From Bdellovibrionota bacterium (GTDB lineage Bacteria; Bdellovibrionota_C; UBA2361; JBGSMV01): DNA of 64,000 bases. The stretch lies in NCBI GenBank assembly GCA_041739995.1, contig JBGSMV010000026.1, forward strand, positions 1 to 64,000, read 5' to 3'. This document shows, one piece after another, positions 28,256 to 37,964 of the stretch (positions are counted from its first letter, which is position 1; the number at the start of each line of letters is the position of its first letter). Below the pieces are notes generated by a model, which searched no databases, had not been told where the DNA came from, and saw nothing but the letters and a program-made list of their open reading frames with translations. The position numbers and the translations under genes are program-made.

Positions 28256-30244
28256 TTAGCAACCTGCAAACCAAACATTTAAAAACGCGAATATATCAGG
28301 GACTGCTACTGCGCCGGAGCCGTCGAAGTCGGCTCTCATATCAAGAGCAAACCAAGCGGAGAGAAACGCGAAGAGGTCTACGTTATCGACTACGCCATTT
28401 TGATTGAAGTCAGCGGGGCAAAGATCCGGAGGGTCGATGCTCAGCTGCGCAACTACCACCGCCTCATCAAATTGAGTAGCAGTCCCAAAGTCAGCCACGA
28501 AGCTTGCTTCACCGCTATCGTTGAGCGTCTTGGTTGTGCCCATCGCGAGAGACCGAATCTGCACATTACCCGCAGGTAGAGTGATAGAACCCCCTTCAAC
28601 GGCAACGATTCGGCCCGTGCTGCTGGGGTTACCCGTGAACACCGCTTTTCGCGCACTCAGTAGGCTGTCGTTCACATCGACCACTGTTGCAGTAAAAACA
28701 ATTTGTCCCTGTGCATTTACTTGCAGGTCCACGCCAGTTTCTGAAATGTTAGTCACTCGGTGAGAGCCTAGGACGTCGCCTTCGCGCACTATCAGTCGCA
28801 GCCCGGCTGGATCGCTCGGTGCCCAAAGAAACACTGCGGCATCGTTTGCGCTGGTGACTCCAGTGCCTTGAAGTTTAGCGGCGAGTGCAACGTGACCAGC
28901 TGTGCCGATACGTGCTCCGAGACCGAAGTTTGAGTTCAGTATCCGCACGCCTGCTGGTAGTGCGGGGAGATCCACGCCACCTCGCCCAACAAGTGTATGA
29001 ACGCCGTTATGAGCATGGATGATCGTTCCGTTGTTAGTGCTGTTCGCGCCACCACCGACAATCATGGCGGAGTAAATGACCGCATTGGAGTCCGTCAGAT
29101 TTACAAAGGATGTTCCTGAACCAAGCCCAAAACCGCCGATGGTGGCACCAGCGATCGGCGAATTGTCGGTCAAGCGGACAATGCGCGAAAGCTGTCCAGC
29201 GCGATCGACCCAGATACCCCAATTATTGCCAACAGCTATGCCGGGTCCGGCCATTGAAGCTGAGAAGGCTAGGTCTCGATCTCGATTTGTGGAAATACGA
29301 GCGCTACCACCCCAAACCAGAGAGAACGCCACTCCTGGTGCTTCTGTGGGAATCGGAAAGCCGGAGCGAGCGACTGTGCGAACTTGCGCACCTGCGCCAG
29401 TGGTAATGGCCTTGTCGGTATTGATCGAAACTCCGTTCACCATCACGGTGCCTACACTTGGGCCGGTGAGAGTAGTTTCGTGGGCTGCAATTCCGGTCGA
29501 GCTCACTACGGGAGGATCCATTCCTAAGATGTAGGTGCCAGGAGCTGCGCCAGGTAGTTGGGTATTTGCCATTAGCACAGGAGTAAAACCACTACTTGCC
29601 TGCTGAATTATTGATTGGATCGCTGACCCGACACCGGGTACGTCAACACTGCCTTTTATGACGACTGGGCCTTGTGGGGCGTTGGGTGCTGCAATGTTGG
29701 CACTCATGAGCCAGCGCATGCTCGCACCTGGATACCCCGCGATGTTAATCGGCGTACCGTCTCTTGTGACAAACGTTGTTGATTCAGCGTCGCCGAGCCA
29801 TACTCCTCGATCGTTTACGCCGGACTGCACGCCGCTGCCGGATAGTGAGGCGATATATGTAGCCTGACCGAAATCGTTCATTACCAATCCATAGAGTCCT
29901 GCAAAGTTAACACCTGAGGGCACGCCAGGTGCTTGCGTTGACTGACGCCACACAGGATTGGTGGACAGGGAATTGCCGCAAAACACAGTGAGTGCGGTTC
30001 CTGGTGTGACTCCAGAACCAGCCAGAATTGAGTGAAAGCAAATATCCCCGGAATTTGAGATAATGGGGCGCGAGAGCTCTACGTTGTTACGCACAAGACG
30101 GCTGAACGTGACCGTAGGGCCATAGCTACTCGCCATGCCTGTACGCGCCAAAAGTTCAAATTGATCGGCGCTTGCCGTACTAACAAATGAAATTGAACCG
30201 GCTAGGAGAACTAGAGTTCGGCAGATATAATGAGACTTCCACAT
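28256..30244 (-). CDS. secreted NxxGxxAF-repeat beta-propeller protein with C-terminal GC-type dockerin-like anchor
   Basis: SNSGDICF, NDFGQATY, NAQGQIVF, NDSGEASF repeats; tail CPADFNQNGVVDNVDLFAFLSAWF...ADFDGSGAVAVPDIFAFLNVWFAGC; start MWKSH right after the upstream stop. Confidence 0.9.
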   Translation of the reverse strand: MWKSHYICRTLVLLAGSISFVSTASADQFELLARTGMASSYGPTVTFSRLVRNNVELSRPIISNSGDICFHSILAGSGVTPGTALTVFCGNSLSTNPVWRQSTQAPGVPSGVNFAGLYGLVMNDFGQATYIASLSGSGVQSGVNDRGVWLGDAESTTFVTRDGTPINIAGYPGASMRWLMSANIAAPNAPQGPVVIKGSVDVPGVGSAIQSIIQQASSGFTPVLMANTQLPGAAPGTYILGMDPPVVSSTGIAAHETTLTGPSVGTVMVNGVSINTDKAITTGAGAQVRTVARSGFPIPTEAPGVAFSLVWGGSARISTNRDRDLAFSASMAGPGIAVGNNWGIWVDRAGQLSRIVRLTDNSPIAGATIGGFGLGSGTSFVNLTDSNAVIYSAMIVGGGANSTNNGTIIHAHNGVHTLVGRGGVDLPALPAGVRILNSNFGLGARIGTAGHVALAAKLQGTGVTSANDAAVFLWAPSDPAGLRLIVREGDVLGSHRVTNISETGVDLQVNAQGQIVFTATVVDVNDSLLSARKAVFTGNPSSTGRIVAVEGGSITLPAGNVQIRSLAMGTTKTLNDSGEASFVADFGTATQFDEAVVVAQLSIDPPDLCPADFNQNGVVDNVDLFAFLSAWFALDMRADFDGSGAVAVPDIFAFLNVWFAGC

Positions 30245-30245
30245 A

Positions 30246-32246
30246 TTAACAACCCGCAAACCAAACATTTAAAAACGTGAAGATATCCGGCACAGCGATC
30301 GCACCGGATCCATCGAAGTCGGCGCTAATATTTAGAGCAAACCAAGCGGAGAGAAATGCGAAGAGATCTACGTTGTTGATTATGCCGTCGCGATTAAAAT
30401 CCGCGGGACACGCCGGGGCGTCCTCTAAGATAGAGGCTACAAACACCGCTTCATCTCTCGGAGTGCTGCTAAAAGTCGCAGCGATAGCAACTTCACCGGA
30501 GTCATTTAGCGCGCTCTTCGCGGCGATACGAAGGTCAGTAATTGTTGGCGAGGTGCTATCACTTAGATTAATCGCGGAGCCTTTAGCTGCCAGAATTTGA
30601 ACAGCGCCGGATGGCGATATTCCAAGCAGTCCTGCTTGCGCAGTTGCTGTCGGATTGCTCGCTGGTGAAAGGGTTACTGACACCACAGCGTATCCGTTGC
30701 TGGTAAGCTGCATGTCGGCGCCGTTGTTTACAAACGACTTCAACACATGATTACCGATGATATCGCCTTCACGTGCAATGAGTTGTAATCCGGAAGCCTG
30801 ACGATGACGGCAGAGCACCTCGTCGTTTGACGTAGTCACACCTGTCCCTGAAAGCTGCGAGACGAACATGACGTGATCATCTCCGGCGGTTCTCATCGTA
30901 CGCGGCATCGCGGTGCGCAAGAAAGTAGCTCCGGCCGGTAATGCGCTTTGCGGTACGCCGGCGCGAGCGATCAAGGTGTGTTGACCAGAAGCACTTAGTT
31001 TATAGATTCCGGATACGTTAGCGATGGTTACTTCGGTTCCGCTAAAGTATGTCCAAAATACGGCATCGTCGTTGTCCATGACTGCTAGAGAGCCGCTAGA
31101 TGCATTGCCGAGAAGTGAATCAAAATTCACGCCAGTTCCTGCGGCGAGGGCAGGTTCACCGCCACGCGCAAGTAGCGAAACACCAGCAGAGGTGGAGCGC
31201 CACAGTCCTGTGGCACTTGAAGTTGTTACACCGGGACCGATAACTCTTGCGGAAAATGCGATATCTCCGCGGGCATTCACGGCTGGGAGACTTGTGTTTC
31301 CAGGGAGTGTTTGAAACACCACCCCCGCAGCGGTCCCCGGGGCCTGTGTCGCGGTGCGAGCAACAATCTCTCGTGATCCCGGCGCAGTACGGAGCATAAC
31401 CAAGTCGTTAGAAATCGTTGCACCATTTACTACGATCGACGAAATATTCGGTCCGTACATCCGAGCAGACGTTGCTCCACGGCCAGAAGCGCCGATTTGA
31501 TGATATGCATCGGAGAACCATGTGTTTGGAAGTCCTGGAGCATCGCCGAAGGACCAGGAAACCATTTCGAAGTTCGCGCCGGTACGTGCCCATATGCCGG
31601 TGGTGTATGGGATCGTGACTGGCTGTCCCGGATAAGAGGTAACGACGGCGTTGATGGCTAAATCGCTCCCCATCGAGCCGTCCAATCCACGCATACCGGT
31701 AACAGATCGAAGAAATCCGGTGGGGCCAGTTCCCTGAGCTGGTGCAACCAAACGAAGAGCGAGTGAAGACTGAGACATGTCGGTTTCCCAAATGCCATCG
31801 CTGTTGATTCCCGGAGTAACCGAGGGTCCTGTGATGTATGCGGTGTGGAATAAGCGTCCGTAGGAGTCGGTCATCGCTTCGCCTAACGTTTGAACTACCG
31901 TTCCCTGTTCTGTTCCCGTTGCGACGCCGCCCTGACGTGCGACTACTCGACCTGCCCCATTTTTATGCAGCAACCATAGTCCACGATCTGTGCTGGGTGC
32001 TGAGGCTCCTTGGTTAAGGGATGCAAACAGTGCAACTAAATCGCCTGCCATCATAGGCGCAGGAAGTGCTATCTGTGCTGAAGTAGTATTATCTCTATAA
32101 AGCCCGTTATAAGTATATCCTGCGACATCAACTGCGCTTTGACCGGAGCGTGCGACTAGTTGCGCCGGTGCAGCAAACGCGGATTGCACGAGAGACATTG
32201 AGATTAAGAACGATGAGAAGCTTCGACCAACATTTCGTAACCACAT
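30246..32246 (-). CDS. secreted NxxGxxAF-repeat protein with GC-type dockerin-like anchor (paralog of 28256)
   Basis: NARGDIAF, NDSGEVAI repeats; near-identical ...WFAGC tail. Confidence 0.9.
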   Translation of the reverse strand: MWLRNVGRSFSSFLISMSLVQSAFAAPAQLVARSGQSAVDVAGYTYNGLYRDNTTSAQIALPAPMMAGDLVALFASLNQGASAPSTDRGLWLLHKNGAGRVVARQGGVATGTEQGTVVQTLGEAMTDSYGRLFHTAYITGPSVTPGINSDGIWETDMSQSSLALRLVAPAQGTGPTGFLRSVTGMRGLDGSMGSDLAINAVVTSYPGQPVTIPYTTGIWARTGANFEMVSWSFGDAPGLPNTWFSDAYHQIGASGRGATSARMYGPNISSIVVNGATISNDLVMLRTAPGSREIVARTATQAPGTAAGVVFQTLPGNTSLPAVNARGDIAFSARVIGPGVTTSSATGLWRSTSAGVSLLARGGEPALAAGTGVNFDSLLGNASSGSLAVMDNDDAVFWTYFSGTEVTIANVSGIYKLSASGQHTLIARAGVPQSALPAGATFLRTAMPRTMRTAGDDHVMFVSQLSGTGVTTSNDEVLCRHRQASGLQLIAREGDIIGNHVLKSFVNNGADMQLTSNGYAVVSVTLSPASNPTATAQAGLLGISPSGAVQILAAKGSAINLSDSTSPTITDLRIAAKSALNDSGEVAIAATFSSTPRDEAVFVASILEDAPACPADFNRDGIINNVDLFAFLSAWFALNISADFDGSGAIAVPDIFTFLNVWFAGC

Positions 32247-32249
32247 AAC

Positions 32250-33980
32250 CTACACCCCAAACCATGCCGAAAGGTACGCAAAAATATCCGATGAATTGAT
32301 AGTTCCATCAGTCAAGAAATCTGCTTGTGGCGATGAGCTGAAGTAAAGCGCCAAGAAAGCAAAGAAATCTTGCAGCGTGATGACGAAATCGTTGTTCGTG
32401 TCGAGTCGAAAATTCCGAATGCTTCGAAGTTCAGGAAAGTCGCCGGTAGTAAAGCTCCAGACCTGCGCGAGGTCGAAGTCAGCGTAAAGCGAAAGGTCCT
32501 GCATCATTCGCGATTGCGTTGCGGGCGTGCCTTCACCGTTGTTAAAGGACAATAGATCGCTGTTGTAGAAAGCGGATTGAACAACGGAATCCAGGAACGG
32601 CACACCTGTAATGCCACCGATATATTCTGCGTCGCCGACTGGACCTGAAAAGACAACGCGATCAATCATCGAACCGTAAGCGAGACCTGCAATTCCACCG
32701 AGATTGGTATACTCGTTAGCGCTCATGTAGCTTCGCACAGAAGTCAAAGCGTACGAATCTGTGACAGACCCTTCCGCTGTAGCGAAGCTGGAGAGCTCGC
32801 CGACAATGCCCCCAACGGGGCCCCGCCCAGAAATCGCCGACTGGCGAACTGCACATCTTTCAATAGAAGTTGGTGATGAACCCATCGAGTCGACCCCCGG
32901 AGACCCACTGCCGATTATTCCCCCCGCGGCCCAGTTGCTCTGAATTTCTCCGATGAAAAGGCTGTCGCGAAATGTCGCACCTTCGGAGCGAGCCACTAGG
33001 CCGCCAGCTTGCCATGCGGCGCTGAGATTCGTCGTTACCTTAGCCTCTTCAATAACCGTGCCGGTAAGAGCTTTTACTACGAGTCCTGCCGCTCTGGAGG
33101 TTGTGTGGGGGAAGAGCGAGTTTGAGACAATAATACTTGTAAGGTGAGATCTGGTGGATTCCAGGGCGAACCCCGCAATCTCTTCAAGGTTAAGAGAATG
33201 CTCGGCGTCGAGGCGAATCCGGACTCTCTGCGCTTGGGATTCAAAAAACGAGTCCGTCACACCTGCGAACTTTAGAAAGTTTGAATTTTCGTCGCGCACT
33301 ATATGGACATGCATGTCTTCGAGCGTGGAATTCGAAATGCTACGGGCGAGACCGCCAAGGGTGCCTGCTCGTGCTTCTATGGTGAAGTCTCGCAAGGTGG
33401 AGTTTGTGATAGTACCCGCGAGGACTCCACCATCGAGGTTTGAGGTCCGAACCGCAGAAGCACGAATTATAATGTTTTCGAGAGCTGATTGGTGTACTTC
33501 TGCGGCAAGTACTCCGGCACGTTGGTCACCAACATACTGTGCGTTTGTTATCTCGAGTTGAGATATGTGTGCACCGTCGAGTCTAAGAAACAATCCAAAG
33601 GCACTCGAATGATTTGCGACGGGTCGCAGGCCCAAAATTCTGTGGCCTTGACCGAGATACACTCCTCGGAATCCGCCTACCGCAACCTGACCGTCTGGAT
33701 GCAGTCCAATCGGGTATGAACCAGAGGAAGGAAGTTCGATGTCGGCACATTGACGATATCGTAAGGTTGACGCGTTGTTCTCGAGCATGTCGTCCGTGAT
33801 GCGGCGCAAATCATCGGCAGTCCAAATTTCGGTGTGGTCGGCAGGGCCGGGGCAGGTGCTTCGTGAGGTTGCTATTGCGACTTCATGCAATGGCTTTGCG
33901 AAGGTTGACTCAGTAGGAACCAAGAGGGCGATTGCTACTGCCGCGATTACTGATGAGTGTTTCATAACGAAATGCTCCAT
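32250..33980 (-). CDS. secreted GLUG-motif beta-helix protein with dockerin-like tail
   Basis: IWTADDL...YRQCADIEL, FRGVYLGQGHRI, VGGIVG / LGGIAG / IGGITG motifs; tail DTNNDFVITLQDFFAFL...DIFAYLSAWFGV. Confidence 0.85.
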   Translation of the reverse strand: MEHFVMKHSSVIAAVAIALLVPTESTFAKPLHEVAIATSRSTCPGPADHTEIWTADDLRRITDDMLENNASTLRYRQCADIELPSSGSYPIGLHPDGQVAVGGFRGVYLGQGHRILGLRPVANHSSAFGLFLRLDGAHISQLEITNAQYVGDQRAGVLAAEVHQSALENIIIRASAVRTSNLDGGVLAGTITNSTLRDFTIEARAGTLGGLARSISNSTLEDMHVHIVRDENSNFLKFAGVTDSFFESQAQRVRIRLDAEHSLNLEEIAGFALESTRSHLTSIIVSNSLFPHTTSRAAGLVVKALTGTVIEEAKVTTNLSAAWQAGGLVARSEGATFRDSLFIGEIQSNWAAGGIIGSGSPGVDSMGSSPTSIERCAVRQSAISGRGPVGGIVGELSSFATAEGSVTDSYALTSVRSYMSANEYTNLGGIAGLAYGSMIDRVVFSGPVGDAEYIGGITGVPFLDSVVQSAFYNSDLLSFNNGEGTPATQSRMMQDLSLYADFDLAQVWSFTTGDFPELRSIRNFRLDTNNDFVITLQDFFAFLALYFSSSPQADFLTDGTINSSDIFAYLSAWFGV

Positions 33981-33994
33981 TTTACGTTGCAGAG

Positions 33995-35449
33995 TTACCC
34001 AGGGCTCGAATGTGCGAACCATGCAGTCAGGAACGCAAAAATGTCGGCAACGTTGACTGTGCCATCTCGATTAAAGTCCCAAGGGTTAGTGCACATACCA
34101 CCGCCCTCGCTGCACTCTGGGTGAGTCGACTGAACGAAGAGGCTGTAGTCTCCGCCTGAGCTGGCATCGAAGATGGCGCGGGTACCAAAGCGCTCGACTT
34201 GAGTGCAGATAGCTGAATCACACGGCTGGCCATTGCGGTGAATCTGGACGGCATTCCAACACAGTGGAAGATTCTCAAAGGTGAGGCGAGCTGAGCCGGC
34301 CAACGGCCCAGACTGCGGCAGCTTCATCCGATTATTTTCAACGACAAACTCGCTCTCTGGTGAGCTAGAGAAAAGGTTCTCGCCTGTGCCGGGAGAAGTG
34401 AAGACGCGACTGATAGCAATTGAACCGTGTGTGGAGCGCTTGAAGGTAAGTTCGGTGGGGACTGGGCCCAGGGCTGAAATCGCGCTCGCCTGAACGTAGT
34501 ATCGACGAATCTCTGAGTCCTCAAGTGTTAGCGAGGCGTAGCCTGGTGAGTCAAGAAGGTTGCTGCCAGAGAGACGATAATAGTTGCCACCAAGACGAAA
34601 ATCATATCGTGGAGAAGGGCCGATGAACGAAATGTTTCGTAGTCGCATTCCTCCGCAGCGGGAACCAGGCAGAACCGGGTCGAGCTGTGGGCTTGGCGGT
34701 CGAGGATAGCCTAGTGGGTCTATCTCGCACAGCGACGTCATGAGGTACTGATCTACTGGTCCGCTCGGTGGAGCTGACGCGGGTGTATCGCTGGTAAACT
34801 GGACATTCTGAATGGTGCTGTTGAGCCCGCTCCAGATGAAGCGAGGAATGGATTGGCCGAGAGAACTTCCTCCATACACGGTGACACCGTCTACGAGACT
34901 ATTAACTAAATAGCCGGTGTCTAGGTACCCGTAGGGACTTCTGATTGAGATGTTTCTAAAGGTCACGTTGTCAAGGTAGCGGAGCGTGTGACCTCCGTCA
35001 GCGCCGATTCTGGGTGACCATGCACTAAAGCTAATCACGCCTCGGTGGTACAAAGATTGGCCACCGGAGGTCTCGATATTCTCAAGGACGATGTTTCTAA
35101 GTATTGAGGTCGTAGATCCTGGGACCCCACGATGAGCGTAAGGAAAATTTACAAATCGAATATTCTTAATTGAGATGTTTTCAAAATTATAATTGGAAGT
35201 GCCGAATGAGTTGAACCCAAAGCCTGAGGCAAGTTCAGAACTTCCGGTGTACGTTACCGAGTGGCCCTGTCCATCGAGTGTCACGTTACTGCCGATCCCG
35301 AATCCGGTCGTGGGGCACTCTATGTCTTGAGTAAGTTCGTAGGTTCCTGCGGTAAGCGCTTGGCAGCTTGATATCGGCGTTGCGTGCGCGAGGCTCGCGC
35401 CGAAACCAAACATAAGTGCAATCAGGCCTATTTCATATATTCGTTTCAT
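33995..35449 (-). CDS. secreted pectin-lyase-like beta-helix protein with half dockerin tail
   Basis: ISSCQ...GTYELTQDI...NVTLDGQGHSV, ENISIKNI repeats; DFNRDGTVNVADIFAFLTAWFA. Confidence 0.85.
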   Translation of the reverse strand: MKRIYEIGLIALMFGFGASLAHATPISSCQALTAGTYELTQDIECPTTGFGIGSNVTLDGQGHSVTYTGSSELASGFGFNSFGTSNYNFENISIKNIRFVNFPYAHRGVPGSTTSILRNIVLENIETSGGQSLYHRGVISFSAWSPRIGADGGHTLRYLDNVTFRNISIRSPYGYLDTGYLVNSLVDGVTVYGGSSLGQSIPRFIWSGLNSTIQNVQFTSDTPASAPPSGPVDQYLMTSLCEIDPLGYPRPPSPQLDPVLPGSRCGGMRLRNISFIGPSPRYDFRLGGNYYRLSGSNLLDSPGYASLTLEDSEIRRYYVQASAISALGPVPTELTFKRSTHGSIAISRVFTSPGTGENLFSSSPESEFVVENNRMKLPQSGPLAGSARLTFENLPLCWNAVQIHRNGQPCDSAICTQVERFGTRAIFDASSGGDYSLFVQSTHPECSEGGGMCTNPWDFNRDGTVNVADIFAFLTAWFAHSSPG

Positions 35450-35481
35450 GTCCCGTGTTCTCCCCCATGTATCCTTTCACC

Positions 35482-35520
35482 AAAAAAGCGGTGCTCACCT
35501 ATGGTCGGTGAGCACCGCTT
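35482..35520 (-). terminator. rho-independent terminator
   Basis: aagcggtgctcacc / ggtgagcaccgctt perfect stem plus U-tract on the minus strand. Confidence 0.8.
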
Positions 35521-35530
35521 CTGAATCTCA

Positions 35531-37543
35531 TTATAACCGACCGAAGTAGAGCGCTAGGAAGGCGAAGATATCCGGCACTTCTACCGTCCCGTTCAGGTCT
35601 ATGTCCGCTCGTCTATCTCCAGCAAAGAAGGCCGAGAGAAAGGCAAATATATCCGGCACAGACACTACGCCATCTTGGTTAAAGTCCGCCGGGTCAAACC
35701 CGAAGGCGGAAGGACTCAGAAGGAGAATCACTTCTGAGTGTTCTTCCTCCTGTGCTTCTAGGACCCCGACCATCACCAGCGAGCCTGAGTCGGAGGCAAC
35801 GTTCCTCTTGGACGTGTACTGGAAGGGGCTCCCAAAGCCTTGGACTACTCTTTCCTGGTTTGCACTATCGAGGACGGTGCTGATGCCAGGTACCAAGGGA
35901 AGCGACAGTGTTCCCGCTGAGTTAATCGCGAGGAGTGCGTGCCGAGGAGATGTGTTCGGGCTATCTCCTAGAGCACGAACCCTTACATGAGCGAACGCCC
36001 GTCCAGCAGAGAGCGCAGTGCCATTTATATTCATTGAGTAATCTACGGTGAGGGAATAGTCCCCAACAAGTTGACCGCTACGCACCGCGGTGCGTCCTCG
36101 CTGCGGCGACCAAAGGACCAACATTGTGGGGCCATTGGATGATTCTTGCACCTTCGCAAGCATGGTCCCATCATGAGCAAAGCTCACATGTTCCGGGTAT
36201 GGAGCGGATCCAAGTCCGAAGCCAAGTCCCGAGTGCGCGGCAGAACTTTCAAGAATAATCTCAGCCGAGCCATCGAGACGAATTCTCACGATACCCCAGC
36301 CGCTTCGCAAGGTTCCATCCGTATTCAGTATCGAAGTATGAATAAACAGGTCACCAGAATCCGACAGGAATCCTTTGAGATAATTGTGATCATCATTCAA
36401 GGACCCGAGGGCGATGGTTACCTCGTTCAAGAATCCGATGCGAAAGAGTCCCGAGGGACCATTGAAGAGCTTGCCATTAAAGGCTTCACGTCTCAGGGTT
36501 CCCGTACGGTCAGAGTACACCTCGATGCCTCTGCAGGTCGTGCCTGTATGAAACGCCACGTGGCCGGAGCTGTTTAGCTGTGCGCGTGCGTATTCAGTGC
36601 CATAGACGAGACAGTCCGAAGGCTCCTCAGACACATGCAGTCCGTCCCGGATAATAAGTTCAAGACTACCTTCGTGTGCGCGCCACAGACCGCCGTTGTT
36701 GTGTGCATTCACTTTGGCTCCAGAGAGCGTCGCGCTGAAGACAACGTCGCCCTGCGAATTGGCGTTGCTCAATGTGCCAAGCGGAGAGGGGATGTGGTCG
36801 AAGCTCGCATCACCTGTTCCAGGAGCAAGCATGCCGGTACGTACAACTTCCGTGAGGCCTTCGGCGGTGCGTCGAAGAATTGCGCTGTCGGTCCCTGCGG
36901 CGTTCAGGCGTACCGCAAGAAGTTGCTCGCCTGGTCTGTCTTTTGGTTCAATTGCTCCTTGGATGGAGGATACTGAGAGCGAGCCAAGGGCGGATTGGTT
37001 TTGCGCAAGAAGATCTGAGGGGCCTTCAAGCTCCGCCCGAACGATGCCCAGGTTGTTGCCTTGATCAATGCTGTCACCCGCAAGGCGACACATAAGAAGC
37101 GCTTCGCCTTCACTCGTGATGGTGGGCTTGAAACGTGCATTGATGGCAGAACTCAGCAGTGCCGAGATATCCTCTCCGCCAGAACTCTGTAGAAGATCGA
37201 GATCGCCGAGCAGATGCTGTACTCCTGCCTTTGCGTGGTAGCGATACATTTGAACTCGGCCGTAATCAGCGGGGTCCCCGTTATCAGTGCGTGCCCCGAA
37301 AAGTACGTCTCCGCGTTCGTTGATCTGCGGGTATAGGCCTGTGCCCCCTGTGCCGTGGCCGACAAACAAGGAGTTCAGCTGCTCATGTTGCGGATGTGCC
37401 GCTGAAATTGCTTGGGCGTCAGCGATAACCCGTAAGTCTTGAGCCTTGATAGTTTCTGGCAGACCCAGCATGGACCCGGCGGTCAAAGTACTGATAAAGA
37501 CGCCAGTCGAAAAGGCACGTAAAAACCTCATAACACCTCTCAT
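35531..37543 (-). CDS. secreted NxxGxxAF-repeat protein with dockerin-like tail
   Basis: NERGDVLF, NSQGDVVF, NSSGHVAF; ADFNQDGVVSVPDIFAFLSAFF...ADIDLNGTVEVPDIFAFL. Confidence 0.9.
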   Translation of the reverse strand: MRGVMRFLRAFSTGVFISTLTAGSMLGLPETIKAQDLRVIADAQAISAAHPQHEQLNSLFVGHGTGGTGLYPQINERGDVLFGARTDNGDPADYGRVQMYRYHAKAGVQHLLGDLDLLQSSGGEDISALLSSAINARFKPTITSEGEALLMCRLAGDSIDQGNNLGIVRAELEGPSDLLAQNQSALGSLSVSSIQGAIEPKDRPGEQLLAVRLNAAGTDSAILRRTAEGLTEVVRTGMLAPGTGDASFDHIPSPLGTLSNANSQGDVVFSATLSGAKVNAHNNGGLWRAHEGSLELIIRDGLHVSEEPSDCLVYGTEYARAQLNSSGHVAFHTGTTCRGIEVYSDRTGTLRREAFNGKLFNGPSGLFRIGFLNEVTIALGSLNDDHNYLKGFLSDSGDLFIHTSILNTDGTLRSGWGIVRIRLDGSAEIILESSAAHSGLGFGLGSAPYPEHVSFAHDGTMLAKVQESSNGPTMLVLWSPQRGRTAVRSGQLVGDYSLTVDYSMNINGTALSAGRAFAHVRVRALGDSPNTSPRHALLAINSAGTLSLPLVPGISTVLDSANQERVVQGFGSPFQYTSKRNVASDSGSLVMVGVLEAQEEEHSEVILLLSPSAFGFDPADFNQDGVVSVPDIFAFLSAFFAGDRRADIDLNGTVEVPDIFAFLALYFGRL

Positions 37544-37568
37544 CGAGAAATAGTTTCACGCTGGGTAG

Positions 37569-37584
37569 AGCAACTTGCGTACCA
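37569..37584 (-). promoter_or_regulatory. sigma54-type promoter
   Basis: Minus strand TGGTACG-N4-TTGCT directly upstream of 37543. Confidence 0.65.
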
Positions 37585-37964
37585 GTGCGACCAGCGGGGA
37601 AGGTTGATAGGAGTCACCAAAGTTTGCGGTAACACCGCAAGTAGCTGGCTTGACGGGGCAATCCCTAGTTCTGGGCTGAAATTAATGCAGTAAGAGCTGA
37701 CATGTGTAATTTTAACTGGCTGTTCGAAATGGGTTTTTCCTAGTGAAAACTCTTAGATTCTGGGGGTTTTTGGCGTTGTAAGAGAATGGAAGTTTGTATC
37801 GCTACTATGTCGGTCTGGAGGAACTAGGCGACGGTCAATGAAGAGCGCGCCCGCCTATTTCTCAAGCTCTGGCTCGCCCGGAGTTGGTCGTGACAGACTA
37901 AAGGCATACAGAATAACTTTCTCGCCCCCGGGATCGTCTTTGCTGAGTTTTGGATTGAGATCCT

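Noticed and set aside
28256..32246. Near-identical 3' ends as a DGR template/variable repeat pair
   Set aside because: Both copies are coding, differences are not adenine-specific, and no reverse transcriptase is present.
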